64,000 nucleotides of DNA, from NCBI GenBank assembly GCA_024704765.1, contig JAKMXF010000302.1:372001-436000 (forward strand), read 5' to 3'. The stretch comes from Oopsacas minuta (taxonomy: Eukaryota > Animalia > Porifera). A program made the translations under genes and the position numbers. Under the pieces are notes generated by a model. It had not been told where the DNA came from. It saw only the letters and a program-made list of their open reading frames with translations, and did no database searches. Below, in pieces: positions 12,888 to 23,861 of the stretch (positions within the stretch are counted from its first letter, which is position 1; every line of letters starts with the position of its first letter).

Positions 12888-13316
12888 TTCGGAATCAGCA
12901 TACGCGATTACCCTAGTGTAACCGTTGAAAGCAGTTTATGGGATAATTAAGACAATAGTTCACTTTATGCACATGAAAACAACAAATATTCACAATACCT
13001 TGTTGACAATATCATATTTAGAATCAGCGTACTCGTACCCGATTGCCTCATAATACCTGTTGGAACGAATTTTTGAAACATTTTCGAAAGGTGTGAAATA
13101 AGATTAATCACATGACATATATGTAGATGTACATTTGAAAATATCAGAATATGAATCTCCATTCCTGATTATCCCATAATGTCGTTGAAACGAATTTTCT
13201 AGCATCACTTGGAATTATCAGCCAAAAGATGTGAACTTATGATTTATCATAATATTTATCGCATATTGCTTACAATATATTATTCGGAATCAGCTTACTC
13301 GATTACCCTAATGTAA
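12888..13316. repeat. Pair of ~34-nt direct repeats plus degenerate motif copies (probable transposon relic)
   Basis: ttcggaatcagcatacgcgattaccctagtgtaa (12888) vs ttcggaatcagcttactcgattaccctaatgtaa (13283); related gattatcccataat-type motifs on both strands nearby. Confidence 0.55.
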
Positions 13317-13418
13317 TTGTTTACTTTACAAACATCATCAACAAAAGGATATGTTTACACACACAATAATTGAGTTAATAATATAGGTATATTTAAATTT
13401 TGTATGATTTGTATTTAT

Positions 13419-13624
13419 ATGAAGCGTGTTTCCAAAACGGCAGCAATTGGAGAGCACAAAAGTAGTTCTCAAATCATTTTGAGTACTAACCAATTCCCCT
13501 CAGACTCTGAATCTCTCTCAAGTGACCAGACTCCTAACCTCACCACAAGCTCTCTACCTACCCTACACATACCATGGGGAGGAATTTCTCTCGTATCTAT
13601 GCAGCATAACGAAATGGATGTAAG
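13419..13624 (+). CDS. Candidate first coding exon of the F-box/WD40 gene
   Basis: ATG-initiated S/T-rich frame MKRVSK...NEMDV with donor AG|GTATCG (phase 2), matching the phase-2 acceptor at 15868; the 15870 frame has no ATG of its own upstream. Confidence 0.35.
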
Positions 13625-13790
13625 GTATCGTACTATATTTGGTAGCTCCTTATAAATTTGTATGATAACCTACATACATAATTTTCTTATTAACACAGAT
13701 ATTATGAAATAATATATAAATAAAGAATAATAGGGTATAACTATGCAGAGCACCCAGGGTGTATTTATAACATTCCATTAGATTAATCTA

Positions 13791-15294
13791 TCACAATTTC
13801 AGTTCTAGGTATACTTCCTTTTCAAGCCGCCCTTTCAAAAGTTCCAGTTTAAAATGGCTGTGAAAATCGCGAACAGAATAAGTGTTGGATATTTTTTCTT
13901 TCGAGAGGAGCCCAGCTCGTTGGTAGAGGGCAGCGATTGCTTCCGAGCAGAATAGAGTTGATAGATCTTCTTGAGTGTTGCTTAACATATCAATTTTGCC
14001 TTCCATAAAGTCTATGCTGGAGAGAATCAGTTGAATCTAGTATATGGGAAACAGTTTATGACATATAGCTTATGAATAATGCTATAACTAGGAATAAATA
14101 CCTTGTCAGTTTCATATACTCTATTAGCCACCTCTTTCATAAACTTGTACATGTTCTCTTCGATTTCTCTACGTTCCTCTTCTCCTAATCCTACTAGTCT
14201 TCTTACAGCTGCTGCTCCATACCATCCGCTATACATCTTTTGTTTAAGAGGTAGGATCTCTACCCCTTGGTGTACCGTGCCTGTCTTTAGGTCTGGGAGG
14301 TTTGCTCTGTTCGTAGAACTCTCCCAAATGAATATTTCTGGGGTGTAGGAGGATCGGACCACCACACCCACATGAGAGAAGGGCTCATTTTCAAAAAGTT
14401 TTATTATTGCTCCACCACTAGTCATCCCACTCATCAACACGAGGTCACCTATAAAGTAATTGTTAAAATAAATAATAATAAATTTTAATTATACTAATTG
14501 CATGAACCTGTTTGGAGATCATTGGCTATACTTTCTAATGGTACATGCTTGTCCTTAGGCACGTGATCTGAAACGATCCCATCAATCAATTGTGTGAACA
14601 AAGGAGCTGGTTTAGAGTTTGATACAGGACCAAGGATGTTCTTAGGTTTATTTATATTCAATTCTTGGTATGTCCCATTGATACCCAAATGCTTTAGCAG
14701 TTTAGCTGGCCGTCCTATCAGGGAGGTCACGACTATCTCGGAGATTGGTTTCATAGATATTCCAAGTTTTGAGTATATAGAAGCTACTGTCAGAGTATTT
14801 GCAATCAAAGATAGAACGACTTCATTCTTATCTGGTAATCTGTCTATAAGTGCTTGTTCGTCTGGAGAGAATCCTTCCTTCCTTATTTCATCTGCAATGC
14901 TCAATAGCCTAAATACATGGTTGATGAATTGAAGTAAATGTTAAGATAATATTACTCACTTTTCAAAGCTCACAGTCTCTGCTGTTAGCCCCATATTCAC
15001 AAACAAAACCTCTGTGTAACCGTGTTGGAACATTAGAGTCATTGCACTCTTCACATTTACAACTCTTATCTTTAGGGTCTCCTTGCTGACTGGATGGTCA
15101 CTACCGTAAATAGCAAGGGGAGGTACAGGCTCTTTACATTCGTCTGGCGGTATTGTTAGCACAGCAAAGTGAAAGCCGGTGTCTTTCTCTTTTCTGAGCG
15201 CTAGCATGTCTCCAGACTTCCATGTCTGCATCAACTCTTCAATACCTCGACTACCTTTTGATTTAGGTTCTGATTTAGAGCTTTTTCCTCCCAT
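13791..15294 (-). CDS. N-myristoylated tandem permuted papain-like (NlpC/P60, YaeF/YiiX C92-like) protein, 4 exons
   Basis: MGGKSS start; exons 15294-14960, ~14908-14508, ~14448-14102 and 14036-13791 are phase-consistent. Domain 2 has LQTGDLVL, FSHVGVV, IWES, LFCSEAIAALYQRAGLL; domain 1 has WKSGDML, FHFAVL, VASIYSKLGI with no aligned Cys. Confidence 0.75.
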
Positions 15295-15869
15295 CTGTTA
15301 TCTCAATATTCTAATATAACGAATACATGAAGCATATGATTTGCTGATTAGTTGGTAACACAATTCCCAACAGCAATGATACAAATTGAATATTTGTAAT
15401 TTCAGGCTTAATCGTGAACTACGTAATATACAGCTTTAATACACTCAGTGAAGTTTTAATCTATTTCTTTTTCACTGAATTTCTAATATTCTATCAGAAT
15501 CTGGTGTTGTTCAACATTATTTCTTTCAGTTATTGATTCAAACTCCGAACTCAGGTTCTTTATACTTGTAGTGACTAAAACTGTTTTCTAATAAGTTCCA
15601 ATTACGTAAATACTATCATCTCAAAATATGTATATCTAGAATTTCACTTCTTTGAGCGACTACAAATGTTTTTAGAATTTATATAATCTGAACAATGAAA
15701 CTCTATGACTTTTGGTTCTTTTGTAATTATTCAACTTACCCGATAGCTAATACAATAGGAATACAATACCTCCCAATTAGAATCATCATTGAAATGTCAT
15801 TGTATCAATCATACGCGTGATTTCTCTTTATGCTAGCTTGTGTGACTACCTACTCATTGTATTTGTAGG

Positions 15870-18800
15870 TGTGTTCATTGCTCAACTCGGCCCAGTTCAT
15901 CTGTCCTACACTTGCTGGGTCCTGGTGCTGTTCTCTTAGAAGACAGATTAGATGCCTTGCAGCATAACTGTTCATTCATTAGAAATAATAGTTGGCCAAA
16001 GAAAGTTGGTAATTCTCGTATCTACCGAGGAAGATCTTCACTTAGAATTCCTAGAGATGGAGATACAGGTTTAGTATACAGTAGTAGAGATAGGACTGTG
16101 TATTCTCCACAGGATTGTGCTGACACTCCCCCAGAACTGAGATTGGGGAGACTAAGTAATGATACCAATGAGAATGGTGATTCTAACAGTCCATTCCAAA
16201 GTATTAGTGAACAAGAATTGCATAATAGACAAGAAATGAGATATTCTAATGGTAATGGCCACTCTTACTTCTCAACTCCTAGACCACTGAAACGCAGTTC
16301 TTTGAACCTCCTTACTAGAGATACGAATTCTAACTTATCACTAGGTAAATAGCATACTATGGATAATGCCAGTTTCTATGTAAAATATTTATTACCATTT
16401 TGTTATTTACAGATGAGATATCTTGTCGAATGCATGACCGTATTCGTAGGAGCACTCCTAACCTAGCTAATAACTCTCCTCTCATTCGAGTGAAACATGG
16501 ACACAGATTGGAAGGAGTAGATGGGAAAGAATTCAAAACTCGTATGTCTAAGATTGAATCTTGGTTCAATGAGTTTTCTGATGTACAAAGGAACGTAGTG
16601 TTAAGGAAATTATTTCCTTTGTTTACAACTGCACAAGTTCAACTCCTAATTACGACTATGGAACCATTCATAGATCCATTCTGTATGCACAATTGTCAGG
16701 TCTGTTAAATATCAATTTTTTTCCTATATATAGACCTTGCATAATATATTATCTAATAAGTTAAGTATTCGAAAGTGACTTTCTCCACTGACTTTATTTG
16801 CAATTAATTGCTTTCCCCATTCAGCTTCTTGGCAGTTTGTAAGAGAGCTACTAATAATTATCATTCATTAAACGAGCATTCATAATACTTCCATTTATAT
16901 GGAAATTATATTATTTTTTCCTAGCCCATTCTTCCCATAGTCTTATGATTCTCATCCTTCGTATTTCGCAATTAGGAACATTGACTTGTGTAAGATTTGT
17001 GTTTTCATTCATTCATAATCAGAATATTGTCGGGGTCAGCTTATGTGATCTAATTCTATATTTGACCATTAATTCTATCATTTCATTTGTTTGTCATTAT
17101 TTTTCGAGATTGATTTGTCAGTAACTAACCTACACACAAAGACAATTATCTACACAATAATCCAGGTGTAATTACCTAGCAATACAAAATCTATTATCTA
17201 ATCAAAGATTGAATTTCCATAAGATATAAGCCAATAAATATTGAAATGATACAATTTGCATATTAAACTTAATCAAATGAGTCAAGTTAAATTCATAAAA
17301 GGAAATTCATTCAGTCTCCTCAATTCTTTCAGAGACAATGTGTCTTGTAACCAATGCCATCAGTTTTCTCCAGACTCAGTGATATTACCATGCTCTCATA
17401 TATTCTGTAATAAATGCATTTACAAATCACAAGGGTTGTTACGTAAGGTTTTCAGTTCCACCATTTCCTGCTCGATTTGCCCTAAAAAATATTACTCGAG
17501 TATTACACTTGAAAAGAACTTCCTTGCAGAGCAAATTGCCTGTACTGAGAAAGTGAAAGATTATTTCTCTAAAGATGGGGCGTGTACTGATTGTCTTATT
17601 AAACCAGCAGAAGTAGCCAATTATTACTGTGGATCTTGTACGAAATATCTCTGTGAACATGATTTTGAAGCTCATAGGAAATACACAAGTGGTGCTCAGC
17701 ACCATGCTATCGTTAGTAAATTCAATATGACATGTTTGGTGTCCACATCCGTTCCCATGGAAACGCACCCCACCCATTTCGGACCCTGCCCTAGACACCA
17801 TACCGCTCTGTTGGAATTTTTCTGTGAGAAGGATCACACTCTCGGCTGTGCGATTTGTATCACTGCAGAACATCACGGTCACGATTTGTTGAAGCCGAGC
17901 CATGCATTGAGTACTTCTGTTCAAGAACTGGACAAGACTCTGATGGACCTTGATGAAGAGATTAACCTATTTCTCTCAGAGAAGAAAAGGCTCTCAAGTA
18001 TGAAAGAAAAACTAGAAGGCGAAGAGAATTCTGTCAACCAGAAGATTAATATATACTATGACGATTTGATGAAGAAAATGCAAGCAAGAAAAGCTACTGA
18101 AATAGAAACTGTGAAAAAGACATTTTCCAAATCGCGAAACACCATTTTCGAATCTCTCGAATTGATTTCCTCAGTTGTATCGCACTTATCACAGGCTCAA
18201 AATATATTAAAAATGACGCGAACTTATACACCACCTGCAACTATGCTAGAAAAATCACACTTTTTGAAGATCATCTCCAAAAATTCCATCTCAGAAGTTC
18301 AGGAATTAAAAAGTAAATTTCCACAGATGCCTGAGTTTAGAATAATCCCCGATTTTGGAATAGAAACTGGCCTAGAGTTACTTCATGTTTGTAGAGAAAT
18401 CTGTAAACTGCGTGCCATAAGTGCAAATCAATCTCCATTAGAAATACGAAACCCCGTAGGAGTTGCCATTGACGAAAAACAACAAACTTATGTCATAGAT
18501 ACTAAGGATGCTCGTGTTCACGTATTCTCCGAAACGGGTCAATTTCAACGGTACTTCAAGATCGATTCCAATTGGTTGCTAGGGATTGATGAAATACACC
18601 CCTGGGGGGTAGCAGTTAGGAATGAGACATTGTACGTATCTGATATTATCAACAAATGTGTTAACGTGTATGATGCAAACGGTGTGTTCATCGCGATTGT
18701 TGGAGTCCCTTCCTGTGAAGATAGTAATAGTGAGTTACAACATCCTGAGGGCCTGTTTGTTACAGAAGATGATTGGTTGTATGTAGCGGATCAATGGGCA

Positions 18801-21800
18801 GGTGCTGTCAAGGTTTATGACGGAGGTGAAAAGGAGAATTTCGCTTTGAAGCAGGTGATTAGAGGAGAAGGTAAAAATGCATTGAAAGAGCCATGGGATG
18901 TGAATATTGTACAACGTGAGATTATCGTACTAGATGAGGGAAATCCTTGTCTACATATTTTCTCATTACGTGGGGATTATCTACGATCTGTTATAAGTCG
19001 TGTTCCTAAGGGTAACATGGAGTTCCCTCTCTTCTTTGCATACAGCTCAGCTGACGATTCTTATATCTTCACTGACACTGAGTTAAGACGTGCCTTTAAA
19101 TATAGCAGTAGAGGAAATCTCTTATATGAGTATCCTATCCAGTTTGAGAGACCCGGGGGCGTGGCTGTATCTAGTCTAGGTCGTATCATATTTGCAGATA
19201 CAAACGCTAACACAGTTTATGCAATATGACCAGACACACTTATCACATTTAGTTTTGATTTCTTTTCAATAATTAGCTAATCAGTGATAATATTATCCTA
19301 GATCTTTTGTTGAACATTTATGTTTATTATTATCCATACGTAGGTTGTACAATATCATAATATGATTCCTTACTTTTGCTAAATAAGGCATTATTCCTTG
19401 CCTACTGGCTTACACCATAACTAATAATCTTATAGGTTTCAATATTAGTAGAAAAAGCCATATTCAATATGGTTTTACCTGAAATTCTACTTCTTTAGTA
19501 ACAATATCCTCTCGTAAGTTTATTATCTATCTACGTAATACACAGTGTTTCAATATTGAATTCAGAGCAGTATATATAATCGAGTTCAATCCGAATTTAC
19601 CAAACTAAAACAATCGTAATGGCTTTCCGTAATAATCCGAATCAAGTTAGAAATCAAGTGAGGATCAATTTCCAGCCTCCAAGAGGCAGACAAGGACAAA
19701 ACCCACCACCACTACCACCTCCAATCGTCGTAAAGTATTCAGATATACATGCTGCTTCTCTAAAGAGATTGAGGAAATTTATTGAGAATTGTTTCAGAGA
19801 AAACAAGATAGATTCTTTATTAGGAGAAACTTCAACTTTTGATTATTTAGGAGAACATATATCAGATACAATTAATGGAGAAACTCTTCTCAGTTTTTGT
19901 ATATACAACGAATTAAATTTCAAGAAAGAGGATGATAACATTAAATACAAATTCGGAGCTGTACGACCTAATGAAAAGCAGCCTGGAAATTGCCCTCCAG
20001 AAACTCCACTCCCAATAGACGAGAAGAACTGGCCTATACGTTTACACGTAGCTAAATATCTAATAGAACAAGGTGTACAGATAAATATACATAGCGAATT
20101 GACTGGTAGCTCTTGTGTCCATACAGCTGGCACTAGAGGAGATCTAGCATTCTTACAACTGTTAAATAAGTACGGTATTGAAGCGAATAGAAGGAATAAC
20201 GATGGATATCTCCCTGCATCTCTAGCATACAACTACAGACATGTTAAATGTGCTGATTATCTAGACAGGAAGTCTCTTAATTTGGTTTGTCTCTGCCGAG
20301 CTGAAATTCGACGTAATCTTGGTAAAGAGCCTGAGAAGATAATACAGTTCCTACCTGTAAGCAAATCGATGAGAGTATTTCTTGAATACGAGAACCCTTA
20401 TCCTGGATTTGTAATGTCTATTATACCTGAAAGGCCGTTTTCTGCAGAATCACTTACCGAGGGAAATATTCCTTATGAAAATATTGTGGAGTTTATACAG
20501 GGCAATGCCAGTAACATATTCCTACAATCTCACCAGCTGAAAGGCGTCTCTTATAAACATATCGTTCAGGTTTACAATGAGCTGTATAGAATGGAAGAGT
20601 TTAAAGATGAAGAGTGTATTGATGAAGTCATAAAGTCAAGATACATTCAATTTGATAATAATTCAACTAATTAGCTTACTAATTCAGTTTATTTCTCTCT
20701 TATGTTTCCTTAATAAAATTATTTCCTCAAAATGAATAATAAGTAATTGATCTAAATACAGGAATTGTGTGAGTATTCTAATCCTTTAGGGAATATTAAT
20801 ATGGCTACCTAGAGATATTTCCTTGAAGATCCTGGCCTATTTGGACCCTCACAGCCTCTCTCAGTGTAGTCAGGTGTGTCGCTCTTGGTACCACTTGGTT
20901 GAGAGTCCTGAGTTATGGTTGAATCTATGCCAACATGATAAATGGCAGTTTTCTCTGGGAGAGGAGAGATACCTATCTGTTGCATTCCTTAACAACCAGG
21001 TAGGTAGTTTAGTATTTAACCAACACGTATAGTTAAGAATACACTGCTTTAGAAACAAATTGATTGGCATAAACAATTCAAGGAAAGGTATAGATTGAAA
21101 CGTAACTGGCGCAAGGGTAGATTCTCAGTGCGTACTTTCTCTATCCAGAACAGTCAGTTACAAGAAGAAGCTGTTTCTTGTATACAATTCGATGAGACTC
21201 GTATAGTAAGTGGATCTACAAACACAATTAAAGTATGGGATATGCGTACCAATTCTGAGTTAGCTTGCTTTACACTGCTGGGACATAGTGGTATAGTTAG
21301 ATGTCTGCATTTGTATGAGAATAGACTGATTAGTGGAGCTTCTGATAAAACTATTCGTATATGGGATCTTATAAGTAATAAAGAATGGAGCAAGGCTACA
21401 TGCAGGTTGTAAATTGTTCTATTGCTAGTTTCATAGTATTTTATTATTGCATTCAAACTTGTAGAAAAACACTAACAGGCCATCTCCATACAGTACGTTG
21501 TCTAGATGCAGATTCTAGTTTTATAGTGAGCGGATCCTATGACACTAGTTTGAAAGTATGGAGTATACCAGAAGAAAGATGTATGCAGACTCTACGGGGG
21601 CATCAAGAAGCTGTGTTATGTGTTAAGTTTAATCAGGATAGGATAGTGTCTGGGAGTAAGGACTGTACTATTAGGATATGGGATTGGGCGGGGAATTGTC
21701 TACACACATTACATGGTCATCAAGGTGCTGTCACTTGTCTGAACTTTGACAGGAAGAGAATAATCAGGTGAGAAAACCAATTTTTGTTTGAATAACTTTT

Positions 21801-22138
21801 GAACTTGGAACCAATTTATACAACATTTTGTATTTAGTGGAAGTTTAGACAGTCACCTGAAGATATGGGACATGCTTAGTCACCAGTGTACCCGTACAGT
21901 AGACTGGATAAGCTCTGAGGGTCACAGAGGCGTTATCCGACACTTACAAGCTGATAATTGGAAGTTTGTGAGTGCTGCTGATGACAGAACTCTTAAAGTT
22001 TGGGATTTAGAAGGAGAACGAATATCAACACTCCAAGGACACACGGATGGAGTTACTTGTCTACATTTTAATGACAGAATGATTGTATCTGGTTCCTATG
22101 ACAAAACCATTCGTCTTTGGGACTTTTCAGCTTGCTAA
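15870..22138 (+). CDS. F-box/WD40 protein (SCF substrate receptor), multi-exon with nested genes
   Basis: Exons 15869-16345 and 16413-16700 (pre-F-box helical segment WFNEFSDVQRNVVLRKLF), phase-0 join to 20790 (GILIWLPRDISLKILAYLDPHSLSQCSQVCRSW, F-box), then exons with ~7 WD40 repeats (GH...IVSGS.D..IK.WD) ending at 22138. The WD exon phases check out; the long-intron join is inferred. Confidence 0.8.
17277..19229 (+). CDS. TRIM-NHL E3 ligase (RING, two B-boxes, coiled coil, NHL repeats), intronless
   Basis: RING CNQC...LPCSHIFCNKC...CSIC; B-box1 CTDC...YYCGSC...LC..D...H; B-box2 CPRH...FFCEKD...CAIC...EHHGH; NHL repeats NPVGVAID, HPWGVAV, HPEGLFV, EPWDVNI, RPGGVAVS. Confidence 0.9.
   Translation: MSQVKFIKGNSFSLLNSFRDNVSCNQCHQFSPDSVILPCSHIFCNKCIYKSQGLLRKVFSSTISCSICPKKYYSSITLEKNFLAEQIACTEKVKDYFSKDGACTDCLIKPAEVANYYCGSCTKYLCEHDFEAHRKYTSGAQHHAIVSKFNMTCLVSTSVPMETHPTHFGPCPRHHTALLEFFCEKDHTLGCAICITAEHHGHDLLKPSHALSTSVQELDKTLMDLDEEINLFLSEKKRLSSMKEKLEGEENSVNQKINIYYDDLMKKMQARKATEIETVKKTFSKSRNTIFESLELISSVVSHLSQAQNILKMTRTYTPPATMLEKSHFLKIISKNSISEVQELKSKFPQMPEFRIIPDFGIETGLELLHVCREICKLRAISANQSPLEIRNPVGVAIDEKQQTYVIDTKDARVHVFSETGQFQRYFKIDSNWLLGIDEIHPWGVAVRNETLYVSDIINKCVNVYDANGVFIAIVGVPSCEDSNSELQHPEGLFVTEDDWLYVADQWAGAVKVYDGGEKENFALKQVIRGEGKNALKEPWDVNIVQREIIVLDEGNPCLHIFSLRGDYLRSVISRVPKGNMEFPLFFAYSSADDSYIFTDTELRRAFKYSSRGNLLYEYPIQFERPGGVAVSSLGRIIFADTNANTVYAI
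19619..20674 (+). CDS. Ankyrin repeat and SOCS box protein (ASB-like), intronless
   Basis: Ankyrin repeats (HVAKYLIEQGVQIN, GSSCVHTAGTRGDLAFLQLLNKYG, GYLPASLA) then SOCS box SLNLVCLCRAEIRRNL...LPVSKSMRVFLEY. Confidence 0.85.
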   Translation: MAFRNNPNQVRNQVRINFQPPRGRQGQNPPPLPPPIVVKYSDIHAASLKRLRKFIENCFRENKIDSLLGETSTFDYLGEHISDTINGETLLSFCIYNELNFKKEDDNIKYKFGAVRPNEKQPGNCPPETPLPIDEKNWPIRLHVAKYLIEQGVQINIHSELTGSSCVHTAGTRGDLAFLQLLNKYGIEANRRNNDGYLPASLAYNYRHVKCADYLDRKSLNLVCLCRAEIRRNLGKEPEKIIQFLPVSKSMRVFLEYENPYPGFVMSIIPERPFSAESLTEGNIPYENIVEFIQGNASNIFLQSHQLKGVSYKHIVQVYNELYRMEEFKDEECIDEVIKSRYIQFDNNSTN

Positions 22139-22261
22139 TTCGCATATAATATGAAATTTTCGAGGCTTATTTGAATATAATTTGCAACTTTTCTAATTGA
22201 AACTTTCTACCCTTATATAATAATCTCCATACTAAACAAATCTACTTGTTTTCAATTAGTA

Positions 22262-23704
22262 ATGTTATGTGTACACAGTCAACATATTTATGACGTCACA
22301 ATATTAGTGCTTGGTGTGGATAACGCTGGTAAGACAACTTTATTAGCGAACATACTTCATGAACCTGTTTCTTACGTGGTACCGACGATTGGCTATAGGA
22401 ATGTCAAGTATAAATACAAACGCGCTCACCTCACTTTGGTAGACCTTGGAGGAGGTCAATCTATACGAAATATTTGGCCAAATTATTATTCAGAGGCTCA
22501 TGGTGCGATTTTTATTTTGGACGCTTCTGATTCTGACAGATTTGAAGAATCACGAAATGTGTTTTTAGGGATGAGTCAACATCCGTTGATGGCTAATAAA
22601 CCTGTGTTAGTTTTCGGTAACAAGCAAGATATGATAAAACCTGGAGATACAAATAATTTTGAACAATTACTTGGTTTGAAAGATTTCCAATCACCTTCTG
22701 CAAGTCAAAAAACTGATACACAGAGTTTAAATACTTTAAGCGGTGAATTCACAGCTGATTATCACAGCACTGAATATATACATAGTAGTGCTACAGATGA
22801 TGTCATCGATACATCAGATTACGATACACATGTAGTTAGAACTACACTACATGTTTCTACACCAAACTTAGGATATGTTTCCCCTAGTCCTAGCATAGTT
22901 GGGCGTGGTCATGTCCGATTCAATTACTGTATTGCTATTGATCAGAGGAAACAAATGCGACACAAAGTTATACTCAAAGGCATTTCATGGTTGTTACGCT
23001 GTATACGAAACGATTGGAATAAACTAGAATCGCGTGTGTGTAGTGATACTGCTCTACAGAAAGAAAGAGAGTTAATACAAAGAAGAGAGCGTAGTGAACA
23101 GGTTAGATTGATACTGGAGGAAAGAGAGAGGGAGAGAGGTGTAGCAAATGATCGTCCTCAATCAGCTAAATCAGGATCAAATCCATTTCTTCCTATATCA
23201 CGAGCGGTAGAGAGAGCTGAGCTACGAGAACAAACTGTACAAGATATTGAAGATATTCCTCCTCCTGATAGTGAAGAGGCTGTAGCTATTATATCGCAAT
23301 ATTTTCAAAACGCTCACAAACTGAATTCTACAACAGTTAATTCTATTCTAGGAATTGAGACAGATTTATATGTCAAACACATTAGTTCAGAACCTATTCT
23401 AAATAGCAATCAAGATGACACTATAAGAACTCTAGACACTATACATGAAGGTACTCTTAAACAACTTTACCCTAAGAGACGGGGGCGTAACAGAGTCGCA
23501 CCCATGGAGTCTTTTGGACATCTTAGATCCTCACCTGGTTTCCCTCCCTCTTCCCTATTACAAACATTCCAAAGATCTCACAAACAAGTAAGTGAGATTT
23601 ACCCCTGTATGCCTGCTAATCCATGGTGTAGGCCATTCACACCTATCCATGATGACAAAGAGCAATCTCGCTCTCTCCCTGAAATACCCGAGTGTACTGA
23701 CTAA
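22262..23704 (+). CDS. ARL13B: ARL13B-like ciliary small GTPase, intronless
   Basis: GVDNAGKTT, PTIG, DLGGG (Gly in place of catalytic Gln, typical of ARL13), NKQD, coiled coil QKERELIQRRERSEQVRLILEERE, C-terminal RVAP (RVxP motif). Confidence 0.88.
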   Translation: MLCVHSQHIYDVTILVLGVDNAGKTTLLANILHEPVSYVVPTIGYRNVKYKYKRAHLTLVDLGGGQSIRNIWPNYYSEAHGAIFILDASDSDRFEESRNVFLGMSQHPLMANKPVLVFGNKQDMIKPGDTNNFEQLLGLKDFQSPSASQKTDTQSLNTLSGEFTADYHSTEYIHSSATDDVIDTSDYDTHVVRTTLHVSTPNLGYVSPSPSIVGRGHVRFNYCIAIDQRKQMRHKVILKGISWLLRCIRNDWNKLESRVCSDTALQKERELIQRRERSEQVRLILEERERERGVANDRPQSAKSGSNPFLPISRAVERAELREQTVQDIEDIPPPDSEEAVAIISQYFQNAHKLNSTTVNSILGIETDLYVKHISSEPILNSNQDDTIRTLDTIHEGTLKQLYPKRRGRNRVAPMESFGHLRSSPGFPPSSLLQTFQRSHKQVSEIYPCMPANPWCRPFTPIHDDKEQSRSLPEIPECTD

Positions 23705-23861
23705 CTCCACTGCAAACAGATCACTTCATTTATTGATAATTTATCTCAGAACTCTGTAGCTGTTGTTGTTATTTTCGATTTCTTAACTAATTCAATATAT
23801 ACTGCTAACCTCGTAGCAGATAATTTGAGTTATTATTTATCAGTTGGAATTACTATTAGAT

